Of a stretch of DNA of 64,000 nucleotides, positions 52,301-64,000 are shown piece by piece. Where the stretch lies: positions 806,001-870,000 of the forward strand of contig JAYWIR010000047.1 in NCBI GenBank assembly GCA_036172245.1, in the 5' to 3' direction. The notes beneath the pieces are model-generated. The model was given only the letters and a program-made list of their open reading frames with translations, ran no database searches and had not been told where the DNA came from. Made by a program: the position numbers and the translations under genes. The DNA comes from Raillietiella orientalis. Lineage: Eukaryota. The number at the start of each line of letters is the position of its first letter. Position 1 is the first letter of the stretch.

Positions 52301-55039
52301 ATGATTCCCTCCATCGTTCGGGGCTGCCGTCTTGCAGGGATGCTCTCGTGTAAGAAGACCATCATCTACTGCTGTCTCCTGAGGCAGAGCATGGAACTGT
52401 CCTTGCGCAGAGGCGAGAGGGGTTAGGGGAAAGGGAGGGAGGGGAGTGCCAGATCGTCTGGGAAGAGTTCCAGGGAAGCCGGTGCACCGGAACAGTGGAT
52501 TCGCTCGGGAGGTCATAGTAGCCACATCGACCAAAAGACCCACCTCATTTGCAGGGGAGCATCTCGCCATGTGTGCGGGCGAGTTCCGTTCCTGCAGGCT
52601 GACATCTGTGGCTCTTTGACCAAAGGGGGAGCCCGTAGAAAGCAAAGTGATGCAGTGACCCGGGTCCATTTATTTGACTACCGTCTGAGTATTCTCAAGG
52701 TGAATCCCCTCCTGAGATGCTGGACTAGTCGAAGTGCTTCCGGACTAGTTTTTGTGACCCGCAACCAAGTGTCCACCATCTCCCGCGTACAAGCTTCGAA
52801 GCTTCTGGGGAGATCCGCTGGTGCTCCTACCAGTAGAGCACCAGCAGATCTGTCCCAAGGGTAGGCCGAAAGACATCATCCTATCGAGGTCGCTTGAGAG
52901 CGGCGAGGCGATCCCCCTTGCAGCCTATGCCACACCTCGACGGGTTCAGCTCATTGCGGAGCGCACCAATTGCCCGTTCCATCATTTGACCTCAGGACCG
53001 CTCCTTCAAACTGTGATGAGCAGTCTGGCTCTGTCCAGCGCCAGTAGTTCAAAGCGTGCATCCCCGATCCGAGCAACCAAGCCTTTCGGCTAGAGATGCA
53101 ACCGAGGGAGGACAGCTCGAGGGCCTCCTCGCCCCTTAAGAACCCAGCAGGAAGCACCGTTGGATCGCAGCGAAAGCCCTCAGAATGTCTGCCTCCCGCG
53201 GCGGGAGGCGGCGGCAGGCGGCGGGACGAAGTAGCGGGACGGAGAAGGGGAGAGGCGAAGGCGTTTCAGACGTTCCGGCAAGGGAAACGGGACCAACGGC
53301 CCTCTGGATCTCCTAAAGTTAGCCAGACCACGATCCTATCGCGGAGCCTCCCTGACCTGCCCACGGGGATCAGCATATGAGACTGGTCCGGCTGACTTAC
53401 CCGCAAGGTGTAAGGCAGCCGAAAGTGGTGAACGAACGTGGTGGATACTCCTCAGCTTATAATCCCGCTCCTAGACGGATCGACCCGAAGAAGCCCTCTG
53501 ACGGTCCCTCCGGGTCGGATGTGGGTAACGGTAGGGTCAGCTCCCCCTCCAGCGCACAAGAACTCGGACGGAGTGGCCAGGCTTCTTCTGAACGCTTCCG
53601 GCGCCCCCTCGAAGGAAATACCGAACAGCACCGGACGCTCCCTAGGGGAACGGCGTGCAACTGGAGGCCTCTGGAGAAGATGCTGATCTAGCGCCATCGC
53701 GGCAGAGGGAGCGCAGGTACGCCAGCAGTCTGATGGCTCCAGGAGATCAAAGGACTTGTGGTTCGCGCGGACGAACGTTCCTTGGAGATCGGCCGCGACT
53801 TCCAGCAGTCCCTCCACCGCCGCCTGAGTGTGCTCCTCTCCCTTCGCGTCTTGGTTGCCTGGCAACCCTCCGGCGCGATTCCGCCCCGTAGCCGGAGGCA
53901 GGATCGTGCGAAGGAGTCTGGCCTTTACACCTCGCCCAGGATCAGTGCAGCTCTGACCCTTCCAAGCCTGTTCCTTATCCAAGCCGCCCAGCTCGTGGCA
54001 TGGGCGCCCGAGTCCGCCGACGCGTTCGGATGCCGACAGACCGGTGGTGCCCTTCCTTGGAAAGGAGGGACGCGCGTTCTGGCCGGTGGGGAAGGGTGCT
54101 CCTGTGCTCTTCCTCTCTCCGGGTCAGCAGCACGTTCGGACCTGACTCCAGGGACACGGACTACATCGACACATCGGCAAGTCTACTGGAGGGTCTTCCT
54201 ACCCCCCTGGCGTTCCACGCCTTCTCAGTGAGGGCGATCCGCACCGAGGAGCGATCTCCTGTTGAAGGATCGATGCCTGTGAGGGGGAAGATGCAGCCCT
54301 CCAAGGGCAGCAAAGTCCTCTCAGCACGCTCCATCGGTTCGCTTCATCCCCTCACGCCAGTTGCTAAGGGACACGACCCGCGGGAGGTGAGCCGCGTTCA
54401 GTTCAGCGGCAATCTCGACGCAAAGGGAGGCATAGACACTTCCTGTTTCTCCTTATTGAGGGGGTACTGTGCGGGAGGACATACGTGCCCTGCCGGCTCC
54501 TGCCCTTCCAACTCTTACTCGTGAGCAGTGTCGGGGGAGTGCCGTCGTTGGTCAGGGGGCTAGCCCTACCGTCACCGCCGTGACTCCGCCCTTCGTCCAG
54601 CCTGGATGAAGGTGGAGGATGCCGAGAGTCTCCGGTGGGCACCGTGTTTTTCTGGACACGAGATCCGGTGGCTCGACGTGAGGGAACAGAGCATCCCGCG
54701 AGGGATCGAGGAGCCCGCTATGTTTCCCATCGACGGAGTGGAAACGGAAACCGAGGGGAAGGAAACTCTTGTTCTTCCGTTTCAATGTCGATTCCACTAC
54801 TGCCATCGCACGCTGGGAGTGGGCGCTGCGTCGGGGAAGGAGGGTAGAGGGAATATCATCCCCTCCACCCACTTTCTTCTGGAAGTAGCTCTCGGATCCT
54901 GAAAGGCGTTGCCCGAGGCGTGCAAGGAAACTGCAGTTGTTGGCTGCAGAATCAGACGAAGGACAGCGATTTCCTTGCTCGGAGGTATCCGGAAAGGTGC
55001 CCTTTGCCTTCAGTCGAATACCTAGAGAAGAGACCTTCC

Positions 55040-55132
55040 TGGAGAAGGAAGAGGAGGGGGAGGAGGAAGAAGAAGAAGAAGAGAAGGAGGAAGAGGTGGA
55101 AAAGGAGAAGGACGAGGAGGAAGAGGAGGAAT
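55040..55132. repeat. Purine-rich imperfect (GAA/GAG)n simple repeat
   Basis: About 90 nt of almost pure A/G triplets seen directly. Confidence 0.9.
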
Positions 55133-57080
55133 GGGGATGGGTTGGTCGTAGGTCACCAGCCCTTCCTCTTCTCTGGGATGCCAGCCTGTTGCGTTTATCT
55201 CCGCGGTCGCTCTTCCTTTCAGATGAGATGGCCGAGGATTGGGTCCGGAGATGACTCCAGTTCCCGTATAAGCGGCGGATGCCATCATCCCGGTGGGCGT
55301 CGCTCGTGCAGCCGAGTCATGTGGATGAATCTGCAGTCGCAGAAGATTTCAATGCGACGGAGTGGAACGAAGACGGAACTTCAAGTGGATCCCCGGACCT
55401 CGAATCTCCTCAGGTTCAGAGATCGCCCTCCGGCACGCACACATCGAGTTCCTTCCGCGTCACTCCCACATCTAGCTCAAGAAAAGAAACACCCAGCTCA
55501 AGCACGCTCGGAAAACACGCGCCGACGAGCAGACAGCGCACCATCCAGAGGTCTTAATTAACCTTTCCCCACCCCGTCCACTAATGTGCCGCCAACGTTG
55601 CTACCGTGGGGACTCGGAGAAGACAAAGTTGTGATCATCTTGCAGTCGCCATTCTGAAAACGCGACGGATTTCTGATCACGCAACGATCTCGCCTACACC
55701 AACCGTCCACATCATCGCCTCCGCATCCACTCATGTCCAGATTCATCATTGTCCCCGCCGAAGCCGCTGAGTTGCATGGACTTCCTCCGAGCTTCGGGAA
55801 GACCACCAGAAACTCGTGTGGGATGAGGGGGAGGGGACACACGGAGTGACCACATGCACACGAATCCACTTCGGTCATTAGGAGGGGATCTAATAGGATG
55901 GAACATCAAGAGGCCCACTTGGAGGGGAAGGGGCCCTTCCTCGAGACGGCCGATCACAACCAAGGAGAATCTGGAAAGAGGATCGAGAGGAAGCGGAACC
56001 GGAAGGAAGAGGCATCTCGTGCAGGATCGGAACACCCGCTCAGCTTCCCGAGAGGAGAAGGGGGTGGTGGCAGAATGGGGGAGGGCGAGCGCAACGACGG
56101 AAGGGTGCGCCAGCTCCCTAAGGTTGTGAAAGCCGGGAGAGTGGTATCGGGCGACCCATGGGAGTCACCTGAGGATGTCTGGCAACCCGGAAGGGCGAGA
56201 ACCGGCTGCCACGGAAACGGCATTCCCGGGTGAGACAGCTCCTCTCGAAAGAACCCCCCTCGTGGACCGCGGCCTCCTTCCTCTTGCCACGGACTGCTGT
56301 GGCTGGGAAGAGGAAATCGCCACAGTGAAGCGCGAGAGGCCCGCGGCGAGTGGAGGCAGATCAGGGGATGCGCCAGCCGCCTAGGAAGGAGCGTTCCTTT
56401 GAATTCCTAGAGAAGGGACCGCTCATGAGCAGGGGAAGTCCGATCACGTGATGACCATGCAAGGGCTGTGACGTTGGATGGAATGATTAGACGGTTCTCT
56501 CCAGAGAGGCGCGAAGATTTGTGTTCCTGGGGGCCGTAATGAGTCGAATCGGATGTTTCTGAGGCCTGGACATGGACCCAGCATCATTGGTTGGCAGTGG
56601 CCTTGATCGCCATAGAACGAGAGGAGTTCCCGTTCATTAGACAGAGGGCGTCGAGGGAAGGAATGATGATCGATAATCCGATGAGCGAAGAAGGGATGCT
56701 CGGATGAAGTCCATGAGATGGTCGCTCGTTGGCAAGAGCGAGCTCCGCGATGGAGATTGCCGTGCGGGAGTTCGCGGCATCTGCCATTTTGTACACAATC
56801 TTGCGCACGATATGGCGGGTGAGGTTGCGTCCGCGTCGCCACGTAGGGTGGTCAGATGTCTTGTAACGGGAAAGCAGGGTGAAGAATATCAGCAGATGAG
56901 CGTTGTGGAAGATCAGAATGCGAAATGGACTTGTGGCCAGCCATGGAAACTCTCACAGCCGTCGGCCGGATGCGCGCCGAGGTGACAAGGAGAAGCAGAC
57001 GGGACAGGGAGAAGCAGACCACACCCATTCCAGGTCCGTCGGAGGAACAGGGTCGATGACGTTCCTCTGCCCACCGGAGA

Positions 57081-57120
57081 TTCAGGACGATCTCTTGCTA
57101 TTCAGGACGATCTCTTGCTA
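57081..57120. repeat. Exact 20-bp tandem duplication
   Basis: ttcaggacgatctcttgcta occurs twice in tandem. Confidence 0.95.
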
Positions 57121-60100
57121 ACATGGAGAACCACCGAGTAGTGCCAGGGCCAAACACCAGACAGGAAAAACGGTAGTCCTACAGACATTAAGGAGAGTTC
57201 CCTTTGAGATGTGCGGGGAGAGCCGAGTGTGCGCCCTTGACGAACACTGATCCTCGGTGATCCTCAGGGGGCTATGGGATCAAGCAAGAGACCCGCCGCA
57301 ATGGGGAAGGATTTGGAGAAGATTTTTCGAGAGAGGAGAAAACCGAATGGTCGGGGATGCCAGACGATCGTCTTTTTCTCCAATAGAGTACCGCCGAGAA
57401 GGAAATGTTTTGGCTGCTGTATAGATGCAGGGTCGCTAAAGAAGGGAACGTGCATCTCCGAGCCATCAAAAAGCTTCCCACCTCCCTTCAACATGTACTG
57501 AGGGGTATCAGCACGTCCCGAAGAAAAAGAAATCTAGGAAGCGGACCATGGAAACTGTTCGGAGTCACTCAGATGGGAGCAGAGGGAGTTACGGTGCGTT
57601 TGATGTCAAGGTAATCCGAGTGAGACACTCCACCGCAAGTCGGTTAGGGGGAGGAAACCTCTCTGGTCCCCACATATCCGTACCCACCCACTCTTCCATA
57701 AGAAAACCTCCTTTTCCTTCCCTCCCCTCTTCCTTCCACTATCCACATCATCAAGGGGGACCTAGTCTTCTTCTTTTGCAAGTCATCCGGAAACCCATGT
57801 CTTTCACCCCTGAGAATGCCGATGTGAGAGGATGTGATGTGAAGGAAGGGCGGCATGGAGGCGCCACCAGAAGCCGGCATGCACTAATCGGCTGCTGCAG
57901 AGAAGTTCTGGAAAGGCTCTGTTAGCCAGCAGGCGCCTAAAACGCAGCAGTTAGGTCAAATTGGGTCACTGATTTGATGCAATTTACACGGGGCAGAGGC
58001 CGCATTCCTAGCGCTTCCAGAAGCTTCAACTCCAGGATGATCCCCGGGTGTTCTGCCGGTGGTGTATCTTTTCACACGAGAAGCGCAAGAGTTGTTGCGG
58101 GATAAGCACGGAACCAACAAGACGGATCACTCAGGGAAGGCTGCTTCAGTAGGTTTCCTTGGGGGTCGGAGGTCAGGAGAGCTCGGTAGCGCCTTCGAGG
58201 CGGTGTCTACGGAAATGAGAAGGGGCAGGAGGTACTGGGGCACAGTAGGAGAGGGAGAGACTCTCCTTCCGTCCACGGCTTGGAGGCGCCAGCCGGGAGC
58301 ACTTCTGGCCTGCAAGCAAGGGGATCTCCTTCGGCCCTCATCCGGGCCAGGGATGCCCGGGATGCCGCCCGGGGGAACCGCAACGGCCGTCTTCTTGGAG
58401 CCGTTCCCGCCGTCCTCCAGCCTTCGGACAGTGCTGGTCGGCGGCTTCCCTTTGGAGTCGCCGACCACCAATCGAACAGTTCGTACCGCATCCTTGGCGA
58501 CAGGGGCCTTTCAGAGGAGACCCCCCATGCTGCTTGGAGTTGCCGCCTCTGGTGGCGCCGCCACATGGGTATGAGGGACGCAACCCTGCTTGCAGCTGTC
58601 GGGTGGGTCTCAGAGACCTTCTCGGGTTCTCTCCTTGAAGAGAGAGGGAAGGAAACTTCCGATCTACACTCGGTCCATGTGCCCCGCTTGCTTCCTGGGG
58701 AAGTCGCTGGGGAAGCGCAGCGTACGCTGGCAAGTACATGAGGGTTCGCATGGTGCACCGGGGGAAAAAGTCCTCGTGGCCGTATCACGTGCAGAATTTT
58801 CCCTTAAACTTGGACCCATTTTGGGTCACAGAAACACGGAGCAAAACAAAAGGAAAGCGAATAAAAGAAAATTCAAAAATTGTTTGTGTGGGGTGGGCGG
58901 GTAGGAAGGAAGGGGTGAGTGGGCTGGAAAGAGATCACGGTGTGTCTCCCGCGGCGTCCCGTTCATCCTCTGAAGGATGCTGGCGAGTTGGTGTTTTTTT
59001 TTCACTTCCCAGACGGGGCCATCTCGCAACGGTTATCAGAAAGAGTTTCGTCCAGCGGGCGGCACCCCTCTCGGGCTGGCCTCTTCCTGCGGCGGCGCTC
59101 CAAGCCGCCGCTGCTCTCTCCCGCATGCAGCGAACGGTTGCTAAGCACGCGGCTCGTGGCAGGGCGTCACACACGAAGAGGCGCTTGAACGGGTCTCTGG
59201 GATCGCTCCCGGAGATCCTAAGGGCCGCCGAAAAATGTTCTCAGAAGGGTCGGAGGGCAGCACAGCAGTCCAAAAGCGGAGCTACGGTGGGGTCTTCCTT
59301 TCCCCGCTCCCATCCTCCCTCGGGTCCCGCGGCGGAGGCGCGTGTAGTTGTTGTCCAGTGCCGCCGGGGGCCACATCAGGTCTCGAGGAATCCCCAGCAG
59401 CTCGGTGTGGAAGTCCTTTGTGTGGGATACTCAGGGTCGCAGCATCCGCGAGTTCGCTTGTCGACCACCCTCTGCACGCGCTCCACCTAGTGGCGGATTA
59501 CGTTGCCCTCCGGCTCCTATGGGGGCGCTTTTCCGCGGCCCTCGGAACCCCCGGCGGTAACGCCAGAGACTTTTGAAAGCTCCTTTTCCTGGACGACGCC
59601 CTCACACCGGCCGCATTCCTCACTAACAGCACTTTGCTGCTCACGCGGCGGGACCGTGGCTGCATGGAGCAGCAGCGCCAGAGAAGGCCAGAACGACAGG
59701 GACGCCATCCATTTTGCTGTTCTCTTCATGCGGACAGCGTCAAGATGGCCCCATCTGAGAGTCTTGAAACAGGAACTTGCCGGCATCCTTCCAAGGTTGC
59801 CGAGGACGCCCTCCAGCACACAGTGATCCCTCCCCGAACCCCCCTTTCCCCATTCTTTTGTATATATTTTTTTGTTTCATTTTTCTTTTTTGTTGTTTCC
59901 CCTTCCCCTCTGCTGCCGAGGCGAACCTCGCCGGCCTGCGCGCCCGTTCTCGGCAGGCTCCCATGGTCACATTTGTAACGTGGCAGGACGCTTAGTCCTG
60001 CCACTGACCTGTATACTTATTTTTTATATAAATAAACGTGCCGGCTGAACCGGGTGTCAAACCCGGTGGTGATCTGCGGGCGAAGAATGCTGGGAGGGAA

Positions 60101-60249
60101 AGGAAGACGGGCGTGTGGGAGACCGAAAAAAAAAAAAAGGAAGAAAAAGAAAACCTTGCGGATTCAAAGGTGGCGTGCGTGGAGGACGGCGATAACGGTG
60201 GAAGGCGCCGAAAAGAACATGAGAGTGTGGCGTCCGCACATCTTCCTGT

Positions 60250-61300
60250 CTTTCGCCTTTAGCACGGAAAGCACCCGCGTGAACCGCGTCGAAAAGAGGG
60301 CTCTTGCAGCCCTGCGGGAATCCGAAGCGACTCCTGGCCTGCGCGAACCTGTCGATGGCGACCCACGAGCACCGGGATCGACGGTCACGGGGATCTCGGT
60401 GGTGAAGAGGGAGGGAAGGACCATCATGGCGATGCCGGAGCGCGCAACTCACTTCCGGAGGCCAACGACGTCAGCCTCTCCCAAAGGACAGTCCACGGAA
60501 GGAGTCCAGGACCCTGGAGAGAACCACGAACGGCTCTTGGAGGACAGGCGGAACCTTGGCGAGGATAGCCGCTCCGCTCGCCGGAGGCGCAACGCAGCGC
60601 CACCCTGGGGATGAAGGGACTTTCTTCCTGGAAGGGAACGGCCATCTGCTTTCCGCACTCAATCTTGCTGCTGATCTGAGAAACGGAGGAGCCCCGCATC
60701 GGGTCCGTGGACCTCCGGTCGGGCTATTCAGGGACGGCTCCTCCCGCGTTCCTCACACATCCCTAGTGGATGTGGTTCTTGAGCCAGTGCTGGTTAGTCC
60801 ACACCAGAATTTGAGGAGCTGCCGGACGTCTCCGACCAGTTGGAAGGGAAGCCGGAAGGGAACCCTCCGACCTGGTTGTCTCCGTAGGGAACCTCGAAGG
60901 GAACCACCTCTTCTGCATTCTTTCCGAAGGAACCTCTGCCGGAAGTGTGGTCACTTCTCGTTTCTTCTCCGAAGGGGACCCGGAAAGGACCCGCTCCTTG
61001 TTTTCCTCCGCTGAAGAGGACCCCGAAGGGATGCTCCCCAATTTTCTCGGAGGGACGCTCCTCCAAGGGAGCAGCGCGCTTGACCCTCTGGAAGGGCGTC
61101 AATCCACCAACTCCATGGTACGCGATGAGGGTCTTCCTCAGAGGTTTGAGGAAGGGGGGAGGGGGGGAACGGCTCCCTTTTCGAAACCGGAAGGGGGGAA
61201 CCCCGAAGGGCTCCTTGATGTCCTGGAAGTACTCCGGAAGGTCGACTTCCAATCCCGGCCAGTCAACGGAGGCGTCCGCCTTCCACCGGTGCCTCACCCG
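60250..61300 (+). mobile_element. Degenerate LINE APE-endonuclease fragment (I/Jockey-like)
   Basis: LAGGATQRHP / NAAPPWG (cf. LAGDFNA.HP.WG), LSALNL...NGGAP (L...NL..LN.G.PT), LVSPH (SDH). Confidence 0.4.
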
Positions 61301-61599
61301 GAGCTAACCAAGGGGGACAGCCAGAGCCACCTTGCTGGGGACGGGGGGGGGGGAACTCAAAACCCATACGAGGGACCATCTCAGCGTCGATGCTTCGCCC
61401 CGGGCGGAATTCGAACTCGCAACGGTCGGTGCCATGCTGGCAGAGGCCGCAGCAGTCTCACCGTCGCCGCCAACGCGGGCACCTAGTCCACGCTAGGTCG
61501 GTTTGTGCATCCGTGGCCTGCACCGAACTGGTGACTCCTCGGCGCTGGTCACGTTCCGAGGAATGCCAGTGCTGCCTCCGCCGATCTTCTCGTGACTCT

Positions 61600-63020
61600 T
61601 CCCACGAGCGGGGTAAACAAAATGCGCCAAGAGGGGACTCTCCTGCTCGGTTCGTCGGCCAGAAGTGATGCCGACCGCAAGCAAGGAGCTGGAAGAATGC
61701 AATAGAGGTCCCAGTTCAACTGTTCGACCTTTGACTTGCTCTCGAGGATCTTATAGGCGATGGCTCGTGTGCATGCCACGCGCGTTGCAGCAAGGGCGGG
61801 CAGGCGCCCGCGTTGCCAAGACTAAAACTGTGCATGAGACGAGGAGGAAACGTTCTAACAAGGCCGTGATCAGGGAGAGGCGCGTCCCATCCATTCCGTC
61901 GGACGGCGCAGAGGAAGGGAAAAAAAGATCTGCGCCCGCCATCCGTTTCGCGTGCATTCATCTGAGGTGGTGACAACCTGCGATGCTCCTGGCGTACGCG
62001 CGGCCTCCTCCATGATGCAGCCGAACCTCCTCGTCCCGGATTCCGTCCGTGGTCGACAAAAAAGAACCGAACCACCTCGCCTTTCTTCGGGCGAAACCCT
62101 GCTGCTTGCCCGCCTTCTTCGTGGAGAGTGGAAGGTGGGCCACCAGTTCGCAGGCAGCCGTGGCTCCATCTCCGCCGACGCGCTCGGAGCGACGAAAGGG
62201 GTGTGTGTGTCGGAGGGGGGGGGGAGATCTGGCAATCCGGTTGCGGAGACGATATGGAGCTCGCGAAGGAAGACCAGCAAGTGATGGATGACGCCATCAC
62301 ACCGGAGAACAACGGGCAAACAGGAACCGAATTCCTGTAGTATCTCTTTCGGTAAATCTCCCATCCGTGGTGATGGATGGGGAGGAGGCAATGCTGTCAC
62401 CCAGATGCTGGGGACAAGACACTCAGCTGCTCTTCGCTCATCAAGAGCGAGAGGCTTATCCGGCTCGTGCAGAAGCAGCATCCCCCCCCCTCCCCTTGGA
62501 ACACCCGTTATTCCCCTCGAGTTCTCTTCTAATTGCTTCCGCACATGTAAGGCAAGGTGCGTGCATGTGAAGAACCCATATTAATGCCGACGAGGACAAA
62601 GGAAGAGTGCTGCCGTCAGGAAGCGCTTTGCTGTCTTCGGAGATTGGCTCCGGGGCCCTCGGTGTCCCGGGGCTCCACCTGGATACAGCGAAGGAAGCGA
62701 TCCCGTCGCCAACGCCGCGCGGTCCTTGCCTCAGCTCCCCACGTGGCATACCGAGAACGTGCGTTCGCTATGTGCATGCGTTGGGCTGCTGAGAGACCGA
62801 ACGTGTTTACGCAAACGTGGACACTGGCTCTCGGCTCTGCGTGTCCCACCCTTCCAGAAGGCCTCTCGTTTAGGTCTTTTCACCTTCCGTACGACTTGTG
62901 ATGAAACGAATCATTTTGCGGGTGCTTTATCTTTCTCTTAAGTTCCCTTCGCCGTTCAAAACACTTGGGATCATCACATCGGCTCATGATGGAAGAATCA
63001 GCATGGCTGAACTTTCCAGA
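61600..63020 (+). mobile_element. Degenerate RTE-like RT and C-terminal region
   Basis: IRFACIHL (LY..FIDL), GCGDDMELAKEDQQVM (YADD..L.A.....L, ~62240-62285), TQMLG (KYLG), RAFAMCMRW (EAFEMWC.R). Confidence 0.5.
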
Positions 63021-64000
63021 TCAGTATGTCTGATCGTTAAGTGCAAAGGAATCAAAGAATTTTATTTTTCCTTCTGCTCTTTTACGTGACAGCGCATCGT
63101 CAGACTTAGGCATTCGGCCTGCACGAATTCCACGCGTTTGCAGGGACATCTGTTATTGAAACTAGTAACTAAGCCTCGTATTTTATGGGTGTCTTATGGT
63201 CTCTCTCAACAGCAGTGGGATTCCTGAAGTGGTACGGCTTCATTAATGTCAAAGGAAAGCGTGGCATAAAATGCCACATGCCCGAACGCATCCTAAAATC
63301 CTCAAGATTTCCTTCTTGTCTGTATCTTCGTTTATATTCTTCCTGGGACTTGGAAGATTTCTTTCGGCTTCCGGTGGCAACGGTGAACGCAACGACGGGG
63401 CCGTCTTGACAAACTCCATGATTCACAAGTATCTTGGAGGACCTTTTTTCCGGATTCCTGCAGATTGCCACGCTTACGAGGATTCCACTTTTCTCGAAAT
63501 TGGAGGTTGGTTGTCTGGGCTCAGCTGCTTGGCTCGTAAATTTCCAGGTGCCAGAATTTCGTCCGTTCTTTTTACGCCGGGTCGCCGCGTGAAAAGTGAG
63601 GTTTCTTGTTCCTTCCCCGCTCTTTTCTCTCGCCCCCTACCCCCCCCCCCCACCTCCTTCCCCCCTTCGAAACTTGCAAGTCTTGTTAACCGGGCAATCG
63701 CCTGTAGAGAGGCCCACCTTTCCCTTCGTTGTTTGCGCCTGAGCCGCTAGATGGAACCCTCAAAAGTTTTGCACGCGCCTTGAGGTGAAAACCGAAACGA
63801 TGACGAAGCTGTTGTGGTCACCGTGTGAGTGCTCAACATTCGGTTACGAAGCGCGTGCGTATGCATCCCGGATTCTTCTCCCGAGTAACCCGCGGCTGGA
63901 GCTGCGTAGCATGGCGAAGTGAGAGCCAGTCGGTCTGAGGGAGCGGACGTTTTCGTCGTCAGCAGCAGCCAGATCCGATGCTGAGGAGACGCTGCAGAAT

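Larger units (their letters stand above)
52300..59820 (-). mobile_element. Very degenerate Tx1/L1-like LINE (ORF1 remnants ~58200-59820, ORF2 remnants ~52300-57850) with nested insertions
   Basis: ORF1-like: ATVPP...EECGRCEGV, FHTELLGIPRD, RKFPSLSLQG and Cys-rich remnants. ORF2-like: LHITSSHIGILRG, IPDHS, AISIAELALA, PLATGVRG (GVRQG), KARLLRTILPP. It may be more than one element. Confidence 0.35.

Noticed and set aside
54920..55561. Poly-Glu or poly-Lys/Arg ORFs
   Set aside because: These are translations of a GAA/GAG simple repeat with no other coding support.
57081..57120. CRISPR-like repeat
   Set aside because: Two adjacent copies with no spacer and no cas genes, in a eukaryotic context.

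Overview
Eukaryotic, probably arthropod, genomic DNA (inferred from the MTGRGK-type H4 start, the Nervous-wreck-like F-BAR gene and short GT-AG introns). I can reconstruct four host genes. (1) FCHSD/nervous wreck, an F-BAR plus double SH3 gene on the minus strand with at least 16 coding exons, 17059-24627 plus an unresolved first exon. (2) VPS33B, a two-exon gene on the plus strand, 27314-29394, head-to-head with FCHSD. (3) A solitary replication-dependent histone H4 with a 3' stem-loop on the minus strand, 33653-33964. (4) CCDC22, a nine-exon gene with 43-59 nt introns on the minus strand, 44876-46711. Nearly all remaining sequence, including the GC-rich blocks full of spurious ORFs, reads as a dense set of heavily eroded non-LTR retrotransposon fossils (RTE-like, Tx1/L1-like and I/Jockey/R1-like). 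They are recognisable only as colinear degenerate endonuclease/RT motifs. Gene bodies are AT-rich and CpG-poor, while gene-distal fossils are GC- and CpG-rich. One fossil RT survives as a 633-codon stop-free frame. Element clades and boundaries are by-eye calls and need HMM confirmation. I found no CRISPR array, rRNA, intact tRNA or intact transposon.
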